Notes under the pieces: generated by a model | What the model saw: the letters and a program-made list of their open reading frames with translations, nothing else | The model's database searches: none | What the model was told of the DNA's origin: nothing | Translations under genes and position numbers: made by a program | Source: Eledone cirrhosa | Taxonomy: Eukaryota | NCBI GenBank assembly: GCA_964016885.1 | Contig: OZ024749.1 | Location: 21,390,001 to 21,454,000 of the forward strand | Reading direction: 5' to 3' | DNA: 64,000 nucleotides | In this document: piece after piece, positions 12,709 to 26,371 of the stretch | How positions within the stretch are numbered: position 1 is the first letter of the stretch | How the letters are laid out: the number at the start of each line of letters is the position of its first letter

Positions 12709-13723
12709 TGGGTAGGGTTAAGTTTAGGGTTAGGGTTAGGGGTAGGGTTAGCGTTAAGTTTAGGGTTAGGGTTATGTTTAGGGTTAAGGTTTTTTTCATT
12801 TTTACGATTTTTCAATTTTTCGATTTTTTCGATTTTTTCATTATTTCATTTTAATATTTTTTTCGATTTTTACCTTTTTTCCGTTTTGGGATTTTTCCAT
12901 TTTTTTCGATTTTTTTCATTTTTTCATTTTTTCAATTTTTTAGCGTTAGGGTTAGGGTTATGGATAGGGTTAGTGTTTAGGGTTTAGGGTTTAGGGTTTA
13001 GGGTGATGGTTAGGGTTAGGGTTAGGGTTAGGTTTAGTGTTAGGTTTAGGGTTAGGGTTAGGGTTAGGGTTTAGGATTTAGGGTTTAGGTTTAGGTTTAT
13101 GGTTAGGGTTAGGGTTAAGGTTAGTGTTAGTGTTTCGGTTAGAGTTAGGGTTAAGGGTTAGGTTTTAGGGTTAGGGTTAGAGTTATGGTTAGGGTTAGGA
13201 TTAGGGCTAGTGTTAGTGCTACGGTTAGAGTTAGAGTTAGGATTAGGGATTAGGGGTTGGGTTAGGTCTAGTGTTAGGGTTAGGGTTACGTTTTTTCATT
13301 TTTATTATTTTTTGACTTTTTCTAATTTTCGATTTTTTCATAATTTCATTCTCAATTTTTTAGCGTTAGGGTTATAGGTAAGGTTAGCGTTAAGGTTATG
13401 GATAGGTTTAAGGTTAGGGTTGGGGTTAGGATTAGGGTTAGGATTAGGGTTAGGATTAGGGTTAATGTTTATGATTTAGGGTTTAGGGTTAGGGTTAGGA
13501 TTAGAGTTAGGGTTAGTGTTAGTGTTACGGTTACAGTTAGGGTTAGGGTTAGGATTTATAGTTAGGGTTAGGGTTTCGTTTTTTTATTTTTTCGATTTTT
13601 TCATTTTTCGATTTTTTCATTTTTCGATTTTTTTAGATTTTTTTCATTTTCTCCTTCTTTCGATATTTTTGATTTTCTCGATTTTTTCATGTTACCATTG
13701 TTTCGATTTTTTAGTGTTATTGT

Positions 13724-13758
<35 letters not shown>

Positions 13759-13854
13759 GATTTAGGGTTAGTGTTACGGTTAAAGCTAGGGTTATGGTTA
13801 GGGTTATGGTTAGGATTAAGGTTAATGTTTAGGGTTTAGGGTTTAGGGTTAGGG

Positions 13855-13887
<33 letters not shown>

Positions 13888-13953
13888 TGGGTAGGGTTAA
13901 GTTTAGGGTTAGGGTTAGGGGTAGGGTTAGCGTTAAGTTTAGGGTTAGGGTTA
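11595..13953 (+). repeat. Tandem duplication, unit 1167/1179 bp
   Basis: TTATGTTTAGGGTTAAGGTTTTTTTCATTTTTACGA at 11605 and 12772. Pseudo-ORFs 12337 and 13516 are near-identical (offset 1179 after a 12-bp gain). Confidence 0.93.
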
Positions 13954-14012
13954 GGTTTAGCGTTAGGGTTAGGGTTAGGAGTAGGATTTAGGGTTAGATT
14001 TAGGGTTACATT

Positions 14013-14193
14013 TAGGGTTAAGATTTTTTCATTTTTTCGATTTTTTCAATTTTTTGATTTTTTCGACTATTTCATTATTTCACTTTTTCATTATTTCTCT
14101 TTTTTTTCATTATTTCACTTTTTTTCGATTTTTCCATTTTTTCCATTTTGGGATTTTTCCATTTTTTCAATTTTTTCATTTTTTTAATTTTTT
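14013..14193 (+). repeat. T-block type A (representative)
   Basis: Entry GGTTACATTTAGGGTTAAGA, internal CATTATTTCAC and TTTTGGGATTTTTCC, exit TTTTTTAGCG. Also at ~2448, 3497, 4535, 7922, 9150, 10504, 18023, 20414. Confidence 0.85.
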
Positions 14194-14654
14194 AGCGTTA
14201 GGGTTAGGGTTAGGGTTAGGTTTAGGTTTAGGGTTAGGGTTTATGATTTAGGGTTTCGGTTTAGGTTTATGGTTAGGGTTAGTGTTAAGGTTAGTGTTAG
14301 TGTTTCGGTTAGAGTTAGGGTTAGAATTAGGGTTAGGGTTTAGGAATTAGGGTTTAGGGTTTAGGAATTAGGGTTTAGGGTTAGGGTTAGGGTTAGGTTT
14401 AGTGTTAGGTTTAGGGTTAGGGTTAGGGTTAGGGTTACGGTTTAGGATTTAGGGTCTAGGTTTAGGGTTATGGTTAGGGTTAGGGTTAAGGTTAGTGTTA
14501 GTGTTTCGGTTATAGTTAGGGTTAGGGTTTAGGGTCAGGGTTAGGGTTATGGTTAGGGTTAGGATTAGTGTTAGTGTTAGTGTTACGGTTAGAGTTAGAG
14601 TTAGGAATAGGGTTTAGGGGTAGGGTTAGGTTTAGTGTTACGGTTAGGGTTACG

Positions 14655-14727
14655 TTTTTTCATTTTTTTTATTTTTTCACTTTTTATAATTTTCGATTTT
14701 TTCATTTTTTCATTTTCTCAATTTTTT
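14655..14727 (+). repeat. T-block type B (representative, ~72 bp)
   Basis: Entry GGGTTACG, exit CTCAATTTTTTAGCG. Also at ~8379, 9630, 12124, 15759, 18644, 21038, 23011. Confidence 0.85.
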
Positions 14728-15210
14728 AGCGTTACGGTTATGGGTAAGGTTAGCGTTAAGGTTAGGGATAGGTTTAGGGTTAGGTTTGGGGTTAGGATTA
14801 TGGTTAGGGTTAGGGTTAATGTTTAGGATTTAGGGTTTAGGGTTAGGGTTAGGGTTAGGGTTAGTGTTAGTGTTACGGTTACAGTTAGGGTTAGGGTTAG
14901 GATTTAGAGTTAGGGTTTCATCTTTTCTATTTTTCATTTTTCGATTTTTTCATTTTTCGATTTTTTTAGATTTTTTCATTTTATCCTTCTTTCGATTTAT
15001 TCGATTTTTTCATTTCTTTCAAATTTTTTTTCTTCATTTTTTCGATTTTACAATTTTTTCGATTTTTTTTTCATTTTTTCACTTTTTCATTTTTTCGAAT
15101 TTTCGATTTTCTGGATTTTTTCATATTACCATTTTTTCGATTTTTTCTATTAGATTTTTTTTGATTTTTTGATTTTTTGATTTTTTCGATTTTTTAGTTT
15201 TATTGTTTAC

Positions 15211-15241
<31 letters not shown>

Positions 15242-15568
15242 GATTTAGGGTTAGTGTTAGGTTTAAGGTTAGGGTTATGGTTAGGGTTATGGTTAGGCTT
15301 AAGGTTAATGTTTAGGGTTTAGGGTTTAGGGTTAGGGTTAGGGTTAGGGTTAGGTTTAGTGTTAGGGTTTAGGGTTAGGGTTTGGGGTTGGGTTAAGTTT
15401 AGGGTTAGGGTTAGGGGTAGGTTTAGCGTTAAGTTTAGGGTTAGGTTTAGCGTTAGGGTTAGGGTTAGGAGTAGGATTTAGGGTTAGGTTTAGGGTTACA
15501 TTTAGGGTTAACATTTTTTCATTTTTTCGATTTTTTCAATTTTTCGATTTTTTAGTGTTATTGTTTAC

Positions 15569-15602
<34 letters not shown>

Positions 15603-16024
15603 TAGTGTTTCGGTTAGAATTAGGGTTAGGGTTTAGGGTTAGGGTCAGTGTTATGGTTAGGGTTAGGATTAGTGTTAGTGTTAGTATTACGGTTAGAGTT
15701 AGAATTAGGAATAGGGTTTAGGGGTAGGGTTAGGTTTAGTGTTAGGGTTAGGGTTACGTTTTTTCATTTTTTTTATTTTTTCACTTTTTCTAATTTTCGA
15801 TTTTTTCATTTTTTCATTTTCTCAATTTTTTAGCGTTAGGGTTATGGGTAAGGTTAGCGTTAAGGTTAGGGATAGGTTTAGGGTTAGGGTTGGGGTTAGG
15901 ATTAGGGTTAGCGTTAGGGTTAATGTTTAGGATTTAGGGTTAGGGTTTGGGTTAGGGTTAGGGTTAGGGTTAGTGTTACGGTTACAGTTAGGGTTAGGGT
16001 TAGGATCTAGAGTTAGGGTTAGTG

Positions 16025-16336
16025 TTTCGTTTTTTCATTTTTTCGATTTTTTCATTTTTCGATTTTTTCATTTTTCGATTTTTTTAGATTTTTTCATTTT
16101 ATCCTTCTTTCGATATTTTCGATTTATTCGATTTTTACATTTCTTTCAAATTTTCTTTTCTTCATTTTTTCGATTTTACGATTTTTTCGATTTTTTCATT
16201 TTTTCACTTTTTTATTTTTTCGAATTTTCGATTTTCTGGATTTTTTCATTTTACCATTTTTTCGATTTTTTCGATTTTTAGATTTTTTTGGATTTTTTGA
16301 TTTTTTTCTTTTTTTAGATTTTTTAGTGTTATTGTT
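16025..16336 (+). repeat. T-block type C (representative, ~300 bp)
   Basis: Entry G(G/T)GTTTCG after TTACAG...GGATTTAGAG, internal TTTTATCCTTCTTTCG and TTACCAT, exit TTTTTTAGTGTTATTGTTTAGGG. Confidence 0.85.
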
Positions 16337-16814
16337 TAGGGTTTTGGGTTTAGGGTTAGGGTTAGGGTTATGGTTAGGTTTAGTGTTAGGGTTAGGGTTT
16401 AGGGTTAGGGTTTGGGGTTGGGTTAGGTTTAGGGTTAGGGTTAGGTTTAGCGTTAAGTTTAGGGTTAGGGTTAGATTTAGCGTTAGGGTTAGGGTTAGGA
16501 GTAGGATTTAGGGTTAGGTTTAAGGTTACATTTAGGGTTAAGATTTTTTCAAATTTTCGATTTTTTAAATTTTTTCTTTATTTCACTTTTAAATTTTTTA
16601 TCGATTTTTTCATTTTTTCCTTTTTGGGATATTTCCATTTTTTCGATTTTTTCATTTTTTCATTTTTTAAATTTTTTAGCGTTAGGTTTAGGGTTAGGGT
16701 TAGCGTTAGGGTTAGGGTTAGGGGTAGGGTTAGCGTTAAGGTTAGGGTTAGGGTTTTGGTAAGGGCTAGGATTAGGATTTAGGGTTAGGGTTAGGGTTAT
16801 GTTTAGGGTTAAGG

Positions 16815-16966
16815 TTTTTTTCATTTTTACGATTTTTCAATTTTTCGATTTTTTCGATTTTTTCATTATTTCATTTTAATATTTTTTTCGATTTTTACCT
16901 TTTTTCCGTTTTGGGATTTTTCCATTTTTTTCGATTTTTTTCATTTTTTCATTTTTTCAATTTTTT
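16815..16966 (+). repeat. T-block type D (representative, ~150 bp; paralogous to type A)
   Basis: Entry GGGTTAAGG, exit TTTTTTAGCG followed by TATGGATAGGG. Also at ~1105, 11623, 12790, 22616, 54029, 58567, 60223. Confidence 0.82.
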
Positions 16967-17195
16967 AGCGTTAGGGTTAGGGTTATGGATAGGGTTAGTG
17001 TTTAGGGTTTAGGGTTTAGGGTTTAGGGTGATGGTTAGGGTTAGGGTTAGGGTTAGGTTTAGTGTTAGGTTTAGGGTTAGGGTTAGGGTTAGGGTTTAGG
17101 ATTTAGGGTTTAGGTTTAGGTTTATGGTTAGGGTTAGGGTTAAGGTTAGTGTTAGTGTTTCGGTTAGAGTTAGGGTTAAGGGTTAGGTTTTAGGG

Positions 17196-17733
17196 TTAGG
17201 GTTAGAGTTATGGTTAGGGTTAGGATTAGGGCTAGTGTTAGTGCTACGGTTAGAGTTAGAGTTAGGATTAGGGATTAGGGGTTGGGTTAGGTCTAGTGTT
17301 ATGGTTAGGGTTACGTTTTTTCATTTTTATTATTTTTTGACTTTTTCTAATTTTCGATTTTTTCATAATTTCATTCTCAATTTTTTAGCGTTAGGGTTAT
17401 AGGTAAGGTTAGCGTTAAGGTTATGGATAGGTTTAAGGTTAGGGTTGGGGTTAGGATTAGGGTTAGGATTAGGGTTAATGTTTATGATTTAGGGTTTAGG
17501 GTTAGGGTTAGGATTAGAGTTAGGGTTAGTGTTAGTGTTACGGTTACAGTTAGGGTTAGGGTTAGGATTTAGAGTTAGGGTTAGGGTTTCGTTTTTTTAT
17601 TTTTTCGATTTTTTCATTTTTCGATTTTTTCATTTTTCGATTTTTTTAGATTTTTTTCATTTTCTCCTTTCGATATTTTCGATTTTCTCGATTTTTTCAT
17701 GTTACCATTGTTTCGATTTTTTAGTGTTATTGT

Positions 17734-17768
<35 letters not shown>

Positions 17769-17864
17769 GATTTAGGGTTAGTGTTACGGTTAAAGCTAGG
17801 GTTATGGTTAGGGTTATGGTTAGGATTAAGGTTAATGTTTAGGGTTTAGGGTTTAGGGTTAGGG

Positions 17865-17897
<33 letters not shown>

Positions 17898-19200
17898 TGG
17901 GTAGGGTTAAGTTTAGGGTTAGGGTTAGGGGTAGGGTTAGCGTTAAGTTTAGGGTTAGGGTTAGGTTTAGCGTTAGGGTTAGGGTTAGGAGTAGGATTTA
18001 GGGTTAGATTTAGGGTTACATTTAGGGTTAAGATTTTTTCATTTTTTCGATTTTTTCAATTTTTTGATTTTTTCGACTATTTCATTATTTCACTTTTTCA
18101 TTATTTCACTTTTTTTTCATTATTTCACTTTTTTTCGATTTTTCCATTTTTTCCATTTTGGGATTTTTCCATTTTTTCAATTTTTTCATTTTTTTAATTT
18201 TTTAGCGTTAGGGTTAGGGTTAGGGTTAGGTTTAGGTTTAGGGTTAGGGTTTATGATTTAGGGTTTCGGTTTAGGTTTATGGTTAGGGTTAGTGTTAAGG
18301 TTAGTGTTAGTGTTTCGGTTAGAGTTAGGGTTAGAATTAGGGTTAGGGTTTAGGAATTAGGGTTTAGGGTTAGGGTTAGGGTTAGGTTTAGTGTTAGGTT
18401 TAGGGTTAGGGTTAGGGTTAGGGTTACGGTTTAGGATTTAGGGTCTAGGTTTAGGGTTATGGTTAGGGTTAGGGTTAAGGTTAGTGTTAGTGTTTCGGTT
18501 ATAGTTAGGGTTAGGGTTTAGGGTCAGGGTTAGGGTTATGGTTAGGGTTAGGATTAGTGTTAGTGTTAGTGTTACGGTTAGAGTTAGAGTTAGGAATAGG
18601 GTTTAGGGGTAGGGTTAGGTTTAGTGTTACGGTTAGGGTTACGTTTTTTCATTTTTTTTATTTTTTCACTTTTTCTAATTTTCGATTTTTTCATTTTTTC
18701 ATTTTCTCAATTTTTTAGCGTTACGGTTATGGGTAAGGTTAGCGTTAAGGTTAGGGATAGGTTTAGGGTTAGGTTTGGGGTTAGGATTATGGTTAGGGTT
18801 AGGGTTAATGTTTAGGATTTAGGGTTTAGGGTTAGGGTTAGGGTTAGGGTTAGTGTTAGTGTTACGGTTACAGTTAGGGTTAGGGTTAGGATTTAGAGTT
18901 AGGGTTTCATCTTTTCTATTTTTCATTTTTCGATTTTTTCATTTTTCGATTTTTTTAGATTTTTTCATTTTATCCTTCTTTCGATTTATTCGATTTTTTT
19001 CATTTCTTTCAAATTTTTTTTCTTCATTTTTTCGATTTTACGATTTTTTCGATTTTTTTTTCATTTTTTCACTTTTTCATTTTTTCGAATTTTCGATTTT
19101 CTGGATTTTTTCATATTACCATTTTTTCGATTTTTTCTATTAGATTTTTTTTGATTTTTTGATTTTTTGATTTTTTCGATTTTTTAGTTTTATTGTTTAC

Positions 19201-19231
<31 letters not shown>

Positions 19232-19558
19232 GATTTAGGGTTAGTGTTAGGTTTAAGGTTAGGGTTATGGTTAGGGTTATGGTTAGGCTTAAGGTTAATG
19301 TTTAGGGTTTAGGGTTTAGGGTTAGGGTTAGGGTTAGGGTTAGGTTTAGTGTTAGGGTTTAGGGTTAGGGTTTGGGGTTGGGTTAAGTTTAGGGTTAGGG
19401 TTAGGGGTAGGTTTAGCGTTAAGTTTAGGGTTAGGTTTAGCGTTAGGGTTAGGGTTAGGAGTAGGATTTAGGGTTAGGTTTAGGGTTACATTTAGGGTTA
19501 ACATTTTTTCATTTTTTCGATTTTTTCAATTTTTCGATTTTTTAGTGTTATTGTTTAC

Positions 19559-19589
<31 letters not shown>

Positions 19590-20133
19590 GATTTAGGGTT
19601 AGAGTTATGGTTAGGGTTAGGATTAGGGCTAGTGTTAGTGCTACGGTTAGAGTTAGAGTTAGGATTAGGGATTAGGGGTTGGGTTAGGTCTAGTGTTAGG
19701 GTTAGGGTTACGTTTTTTCATTTTTATTATTTTTTGACTTTTTCAAATTTTCGATTTTTTCATAATTTCATTCTCAATTTTTTAGCGTTAGGGTTATAGG
19801 TAAGGTTAGCGTTAAGGTTATGGATAGGTTTAAGGTTAGGGTTGGGGTTAGGATTAGGGTTAGGATTAGGGTTAATGTTTATGATTTAGGGTTTAGGGTT
19901 AGGGTTAGGATTAGAGTTAGGGTTAGTGTTAGTGTTACGGTTACAGTTAGGGTTAGGGTTAGGATTTAGAGTTAGGGTTAGGGTTTCTTTTTTTCATTTT
20001 TTCGATTTTTTCATTTTTCGATTTTTTCATTTTTCGATTTTTTTAGATTTTTTTCATTTTCTCCTTCTTTCGATATTTTCGATTTTCTCGATTTTTTCAT
20101 GTTACCATTGTTTCGATTTTTTAGTGTTATTGT

Positions 20134-20167
<34 letters not shown>

Positions 20168-20264
20168 TGATTTTGGGTTAGTGTTACGGTTAAAGCTAGG
20201 GTTATGGTTAGGGTTATGGTTAGGATTAAGGTTAATGTTTAGGGTTTAGGGTTTAGGGTTAGGC

Positions 20265-20297
<33 letters not shown>

Positions 20298-21955
20298 TGG
20301 GTAGGGTTAAGTTTAGGGTTAGGGTTAGGGGTAGGGTTAGCGTTAAGTTTAGGGTTAGGGTTAGGGTTTGGAGTAGGATTTAGGGTTAGATTTAGGGTTA
20401 CATTTAGGGTTAAGATTTTTTCATCTTTTCGATTTTTTCAATTTTTTGATTTTTTCGACTATTTCATTATTTCACTTTTTCATTATTTCACTTTTTTTTC
20501 ATTATTTCACTTTTTTTCGATTTTTCCATTTTTTGCATTTTGGGATTTTTCCATTTTTTCAATTTTTTAATTTTTTTAATTTTTTAGCGTTAGGGTTAGG
20601 GTTAGGGTTAGGTTTAGGTTTAGGGTTAGTGTTAGGGTTAGGGTTTATGATTTAGGGTTTCGGTTTAGGTTTATGGTTAGGGTTAGTGTTAAGGTTAGTG
20701 TTAGTGTTTCGGTTAGAGTTAGGGTTAGAATTAGGGTTAGGGTTTAGGAATTAGGGTTTAGGGTTAGGGTTAGGGTTAGGTTTAGTGTTAGGTTTAGGGT
20801 TAGGGTTAGGGTTAGGGTTACGGTTTAGGATTTAGGGTCTAGGTTTAGGGTTATGGTTAGGGTTAGGGTTAAGGTTAGTGTTAGTGTTTCGGTTATAGTT
20901 AGGGTTAGGGTTTAGGGTCAGGGTTAGGGTTATGGTTAGGGTTAGGATTAGTGTTAGTGTTAGTGTTACGGTTAGAGTTAGAGTTAGGAATAGGGTTTAG
21001 GGGTAGGGTTAGGTTTAGTGTTAGGGTTAGGGTTACGTTTTTTCATTTTTTTTATTTTTTCACTTTTTCTAATTTTCGATTTTTTCATTTTTTCATTTTC
21101 TCAATTTTTTAGCGTTACGGTTATGGGTAAGGTTAGCGTTAAGGTTAGGGATAGGTTTAGGGTTAGGTTTGGGGTTAGGATTATGGTTAGGGTTAGGGTT
21201 AATGTTTAGGATTTAGGGTTTAGGGTTAGGGTTAGGGTTAGGGTTAGTGTTAGTGTTACGGTTACAGTTAGGGTTAGGGTTAGGATTTAGAGTTAGGGTT
21301 TCGTTTTTTCATCTTTTCTATTTTTCATTTTTCGATTTTTTCATTTTTCGATTTTTTTAGATTTTTTCATTTTATCCTTCTTTCGATTTATTCGATTTTT
21401 TCATTTCTTTCAAATTTTTTTTCATTTTTTCGATTTTACGATTTTTTCGATTTTTTTTCATTTTTTCACTTTTTCATTTTTTCGAGTTTTCGATTTTCTG
21501 GATTTTTTCATATTACCATTTTTTCGATTTTTTCTATTAGATTTTTTTTGATTTTTTGATTTTTTCATTTTTTCGATTTTTTAGTTTTATTGTTTACGGT
21601 TAGGGTTTAGGGTTAGGTTTAGGGTTAGGATTTAGGGTTAGTGTTAGGTTTAAGGTTAGGGTTATGGTTAGGGTTATGGTTAGGCTTAAGGTTAATGTTT
21701 AGGGTTTAGGGTTTAGGGTTAGGGTTAGGGTTAGGGTTAGGTTTAGTGTTAGGGTTTAGGGTTAGGGTTTGGGGTTGGGTTAAGTTTAGGGTTAGGGTTA
21801 GGGGTAGGTTTAGCGTTAAGTTTAGGGTTAGGTTTAGCGTTAGGGTTAGGGTTAGGAGTAGGATTTAGGGTTAGGTTTAGGGTTACATTTAGGGTTAACA
21901 TTTTTTCATTTTTTCGATTTTTTCAATTTTTCGATTTTTTAGTGTTATTGTTTAC

Positions 21956-21986
<31 letters not shown>

Positions 21987-21990
21987 GATT
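17196..21990 (+). repeat. Tandem duplication, unit ~2.4 kb
   Basis: TTAGAGTTATGG...GGGCTAGTGTTAGTGCTACGG at ~17202 and ~19599. ORF offsets 2397 (17529/19926), 2382 (18064/20446), 2394 (18624/21018). Confidence 0.85.
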
Positions 21991-24655
21991 TAGGGTTAGT
22001 GTTAGGGTTAAGGTTAGGGTTATGGTTGGGGTTATGGTTAGGGTTAAGGTTAATGTTTAGGGTTTAGGGTTTAGGGTTAGGCTTAGGGTTAGGGTTAGGT
22101 TTAGTGTTAGGGTTTAGGGTTAGGGTTTGGGGTTGGGTCAAGTTTAGGGTTAGGGTTAGGGGTAGGTTTAGCGTTAAGTTTAGGGTTAGGTTTAGCGTTA
22201 GGGTTAGGGTTAGGAGTAGGATTTAGGGTTAGGTTTAGGGTTACATTTAGGGTTAACATTTTATCATTTTTTCGATTTTTTCAATTTTTCGATTTTTTCT
22301 ATTTTTTCATTATTTCACTATTAAATTTTTTTTCGATCTTTTCATTTTTTCCTTTTTTGGAATTTTATATTTTTTCGATTTTTTCATTTTTTTCCTTTTT
22401 GGGATTTTTATATTTTTTCGATTTTTTCACTTTTTTCATTTTTTTAATTTTTTAGCGTTAGGGTTAGGGTTAGGGTTAGCGTTAGGGTTAGGGTTAGGGG
22501 TAGGGTTAGCGTTAAGGTTAGGGTTAGGGTTAGGGTTATGGTAAGGGTTAGGATTAGGATTTAGGGTTAGGGTTAGGATTAGGATTTAGGGTTAGGGTTA
22601 GGGTTATGTTTAGGGTTTTTTTCATTTTTACGATTTTTCAATTTTTCGATTCTTTCGATTTTTTCATTATTTCATTTTTAAATTTTTTTTCGATTTTTTC
22701 ATTTTTTCCTTTTTGGGATTTTTCCACTTTTTCGATTTTTTTCATTTTTTCATTTTTTTAGCGTTAGGGCTATGGTTATGGATAGGGTTAGTGTTTAGGG
22801 TTTAGGGTTTAGGGTTATGGTTAGGGTTAGGGTTACGTTTAGTGTTAGGTTTAGGGTTAGGGTTTGGGTTAGGGTTTAGGATTTAGGGTTTAGGTTTAGG
22901 TTTATGGTTAGGGTTAGGGTTAAGGTTAGAGTTAGAGTTAGGATTAGGGTTTAGGGTTAGGATTAGGGTTTATGGGTAGGGTTAGGTTTTGGGTTAGGGT
23001 TAGGATTACGTTTTTTCATTTTTTTTATTTTTTCCCTTTTTCTATTTTTCGACTTTTTCATTTTTTCATTTTCTCAATTTTTTAGCTTTAGGGTTATGGG
23101 TAAGGTTAGCGTTAAGGTTAGGGATAGGTTTAGGGTTAGGGTTAGGGTTAGGGTTAGGGTTAGTGTTTGTGTTACGGTTACAGTTAGGGCTAGGGTTAGG
23201 ATTTAGCGTTAGGGTTAGGGTTTCTTTTTTTCATTTTTTCGATTTTTTCGTTTTTCGATTGTTTTAGATTTTTTAATTTTATCCTTCTTTCGATTTTTTC
23301 GATTTTTTCATTTTTTTTTAATTTTCTTTTTTGTGATTTTTTCCATTTTTTCATTATTTAACTTTTTAATTTTTTTTAGATTTTTTCCTTTTTTCCTTTT
23401 ATGGATTCTTTCATTTTTTCAATTTTTTAGCGTTACGTTTCGGGGTATGGACAAGGTTAGGGTTAGGGTTAAGGTTTGTGTTAGTGTTACGGTTAGAGTT
23501 AAGGTTAGGGTTAGGGTTTAGAGTTAGGGTTAGGGTTATTGTTAGGGTTAGGATTAGTGTTAGTGTTAGTGTTACGGTTTGAGTTAGAGTTAGGATTAGG
23601 GTTTAGGGTTAGGGTTAGGTTTAGGGTTAGGGTTAGGGTTAGGATTAGGGTTAGGGTTAATGTTAAGGATTTAGGGTTTAGGGTTAGGGTTAGGGTTAGG
23701 GTTAGGGATAGTGTTAGTGTTATGGTTACAGTTAGGGCTAGGGTTAGGATTTAGTGTTAGGGTTAGGGTTTCGTTTTTACATTTTTTCGATTTTTTCATT
23801 TTTCGATTTTTAAATTTTTAGATTTTTTTAGATTTTTTAATTTTATCCTTATCTCGATTTTTTCGATTTTTTTTTTTGATTTTTTCATCTTTTTTAGAAT
23901 TTTCTTTTTGATTTTTTCGATTTTACGATTTTTTCGATTTTTTCATTTTTTCACTTTTTCATTTTGTCAAATTTTCGATTTTCTCAATTTTTTCATTTTA
24001 CCATTTTTGCGATTTCTTCTATTTTGAGATTTTTTTCGATTTTTTCATTTTTTCATTTTTACGATTTTTTTCGGGTTACGGTTGGGGTCAGGGTTAAGGT
24101 TTAGGTTTAGGATTTAGGGTTAGGGTTAGGGTTACGATTTAGGGTCAGTGTTAGGGTTAAGGTTAGGGTAATGTTTAGGGTTATGGTTAGGGTTAGGGAA
24201 ATGTTTAGGGTTTAGGGTTTAGGGTTAGGGTTAGGTTTAGTGTTAGGGTTAGGGTTTAGGGTTAGTGTTAGGGTTAGGGTTAGGGTTAGGGTTAGGGTTA
24301 GGGTTAAGTTTAGGGTTAGAGTTAGGGGTAGGGTTAGCGTTAAGGTTAGGGTTAGGTTTAGCGTTAGGATTAGGGTTAAGGTTAGGAGTAGGATTTAGGG
24401 TTAGGGTAGGGTTAGGTTTAGGGTTAAGGTATTTCATTTTTTCGATTTTTTCATTATTTAACTTTTAAATTTTTTTTCGATTTTTTTATTTTTTCCTTTT
24501 TTTGGATTCTTCCATTTTTTCGAATTTTTCATTTGTTCATTTTTTCAATTTTTTAGCGTTACGTTTAGGGGTATGGATAGGGTTAGGGTTAGGGTTAAGG
24601 TTAGTGTTAGTGTTACGGTTAGAGTTAGGGTTAGGGTTAGGGTTTAGGGTTAGGC

Positions 24656-24688
<33 letters not shown>

Positions 24689-26340
24689 TGGGTAGGGTTA
24701 AGTTTAGGGTTAGGGTTAGGGGTAGGGTTAGCGTTAAGTTTAGGGTTAGGGTTAGGGTTTGGAGTAGGATTTAGGGTTAGATTTAGGGTTACATTTAGGG
24801 TTAAGATTTTTTCATCTTTTCGATTTTTTCAATTTTTTGATTTTTTCGACTATTTCATTATTTCACTTTTTCATTATTTCACTTTTTTTTCATTATTTCA
24901 CTTATTTTCGATTTTTCCATTTTTTGCATTTTGGGATTTTTCCATTTTTTCAATTTTTTAATTTTTTTAATTTTTTAGCGTTAGGGTTAGGGTTAGGGTT
25001 AGGTTTAGGTTTAGGGTTAGTGTTAGGGTTAGGGTTTATGATTTAGGGTTTCGGTTTAGGTTTATGGTTAGGGTTAGTGTTAAGGTTAGTGTTAGTGTTT
25101 CGGTTAGAGTTAGGGTTAGAATTAGGGTTTAGGAATTAGGGTTTAGGGTTAGGGTTAGGGTTAGGTTTAGTGTTAGGTTTAGGGTTAGGGTTAGGGTTAG
25201 GGTTACGGTTTAGGATTTAGGGTCTAGGTTTAGGGTTATGGTTAGGGTTAGGGTTAAGGTTAGTGTTAGTGTTTCGGTTATAGTTAGGGTTAGGGTTTAG
25301 GGTCAGGGTTAGGGTTATGGTTAGGGTTAGGATTAGTGTTAGTGTTAGTGTTACGGTTAGAGTTAGAGTTAGGAATAGGGTTTAGGGGTAGGGTTAGGTT
25401 TAGTGTTAGGGTTAGGGTTACGTTTTTTCATTTTTTTTATTTTTTCACTTTTTCTAATTTTCGATTTTTTCATTTTTTCATTTTCTCAATTTTTTAGCGT
25501 TACGGTTATGGGTAAGGTTAGCGTTAAGGTTAGGGATAGGTTTAGGGTTAGGTTTGGGGTTAGGATTATGGTTAGGGTTAGGGTTAATGTTTAGGATTTA
25601 GGGTTTAGGGTTAGGGTTAGGGTTAGGGTTAGTGTTAGTGTTACGGTTACAGTTAGGGTTAGGGTTAGGATTTAGAGTTAGGGTTTCGTTTTTTCATCTT
25701 TTCTATTTTTCATTTTTCGATTTTTTCATTTTTCGATTTTTTTAGATTTTTTCATTTTATCCTTCTTTCGATTTATTCGATTTTTTCATTTCTTTCAAAT
25801 TTTTTTTCATTTTTTCGATTTTACGATCTTTTCGATTTTTTTTCATTTTTTCACTTTTTCATTTTTTCGAGTTTTCGATTTTCTGGATTTTTTCATATTA
25901 CCATTTTTTCGATTTTTTCTATTAGATTTTTTTTGATTTTTTGATTTTTTCATTTTTTCGATTTTTTAGTTTTATTGTTTACGGTTAGGGTTTAGGGTTA
26001 GGTTTAGGGTTAGGATTTAGGGTTAGTGTTAGGTTTAAGGTTAGGGTTATGGTTAGGGTTATGGTTAGGCTTAAGGTTAATGTTTAGGGTTTAGGGTTTA
26101 GGGTTAGGGTTAGGGTTAGGGTTAGGTTTAGTGTTAGGGTTTAGGGTTAGGGTTTGGGGTTGGGTTAAGTTTAGGGTTAGGGTTAGGGGTAGGTTTAGCG
26201 TTAAGTTTAGGGTTAGGTTTAGCGTTAGGGTTAGGGTTAGGAGTAGGATTTAGGGTTAGGTTTAGGGTTACATTTAGGGTTAACATTTTTTCATTTTTTC
26301 GATTTTTTCAATTTTTCGATTTTTTAGTGTTATTGTTTAC

Positions 26341-26371
<31 letters not shown>

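Larger units (their letters stand above)
10911..19589 (+). repeat. Tandem duplication of a ~3.99 kb unit (10911-15600 and 15601-19589); copy 1 later rearranged
   Basis: Starts match at offset 4690. ORF offsets are 5192 (12337/17529), 4010 (14054/18064) and 3989 (14635/18624, 14864/18853). A ~496 bp deletion, a 1.18 kb internal duplication and small indels reconcile these. Confidence 0.88.

Noticed and set aside
20259-20270. TTAGGC as evidence of a nematode-type telomere
   Set aside because: TTAGGC occurs only as scattered single-base variants among dominant TTAGGG.
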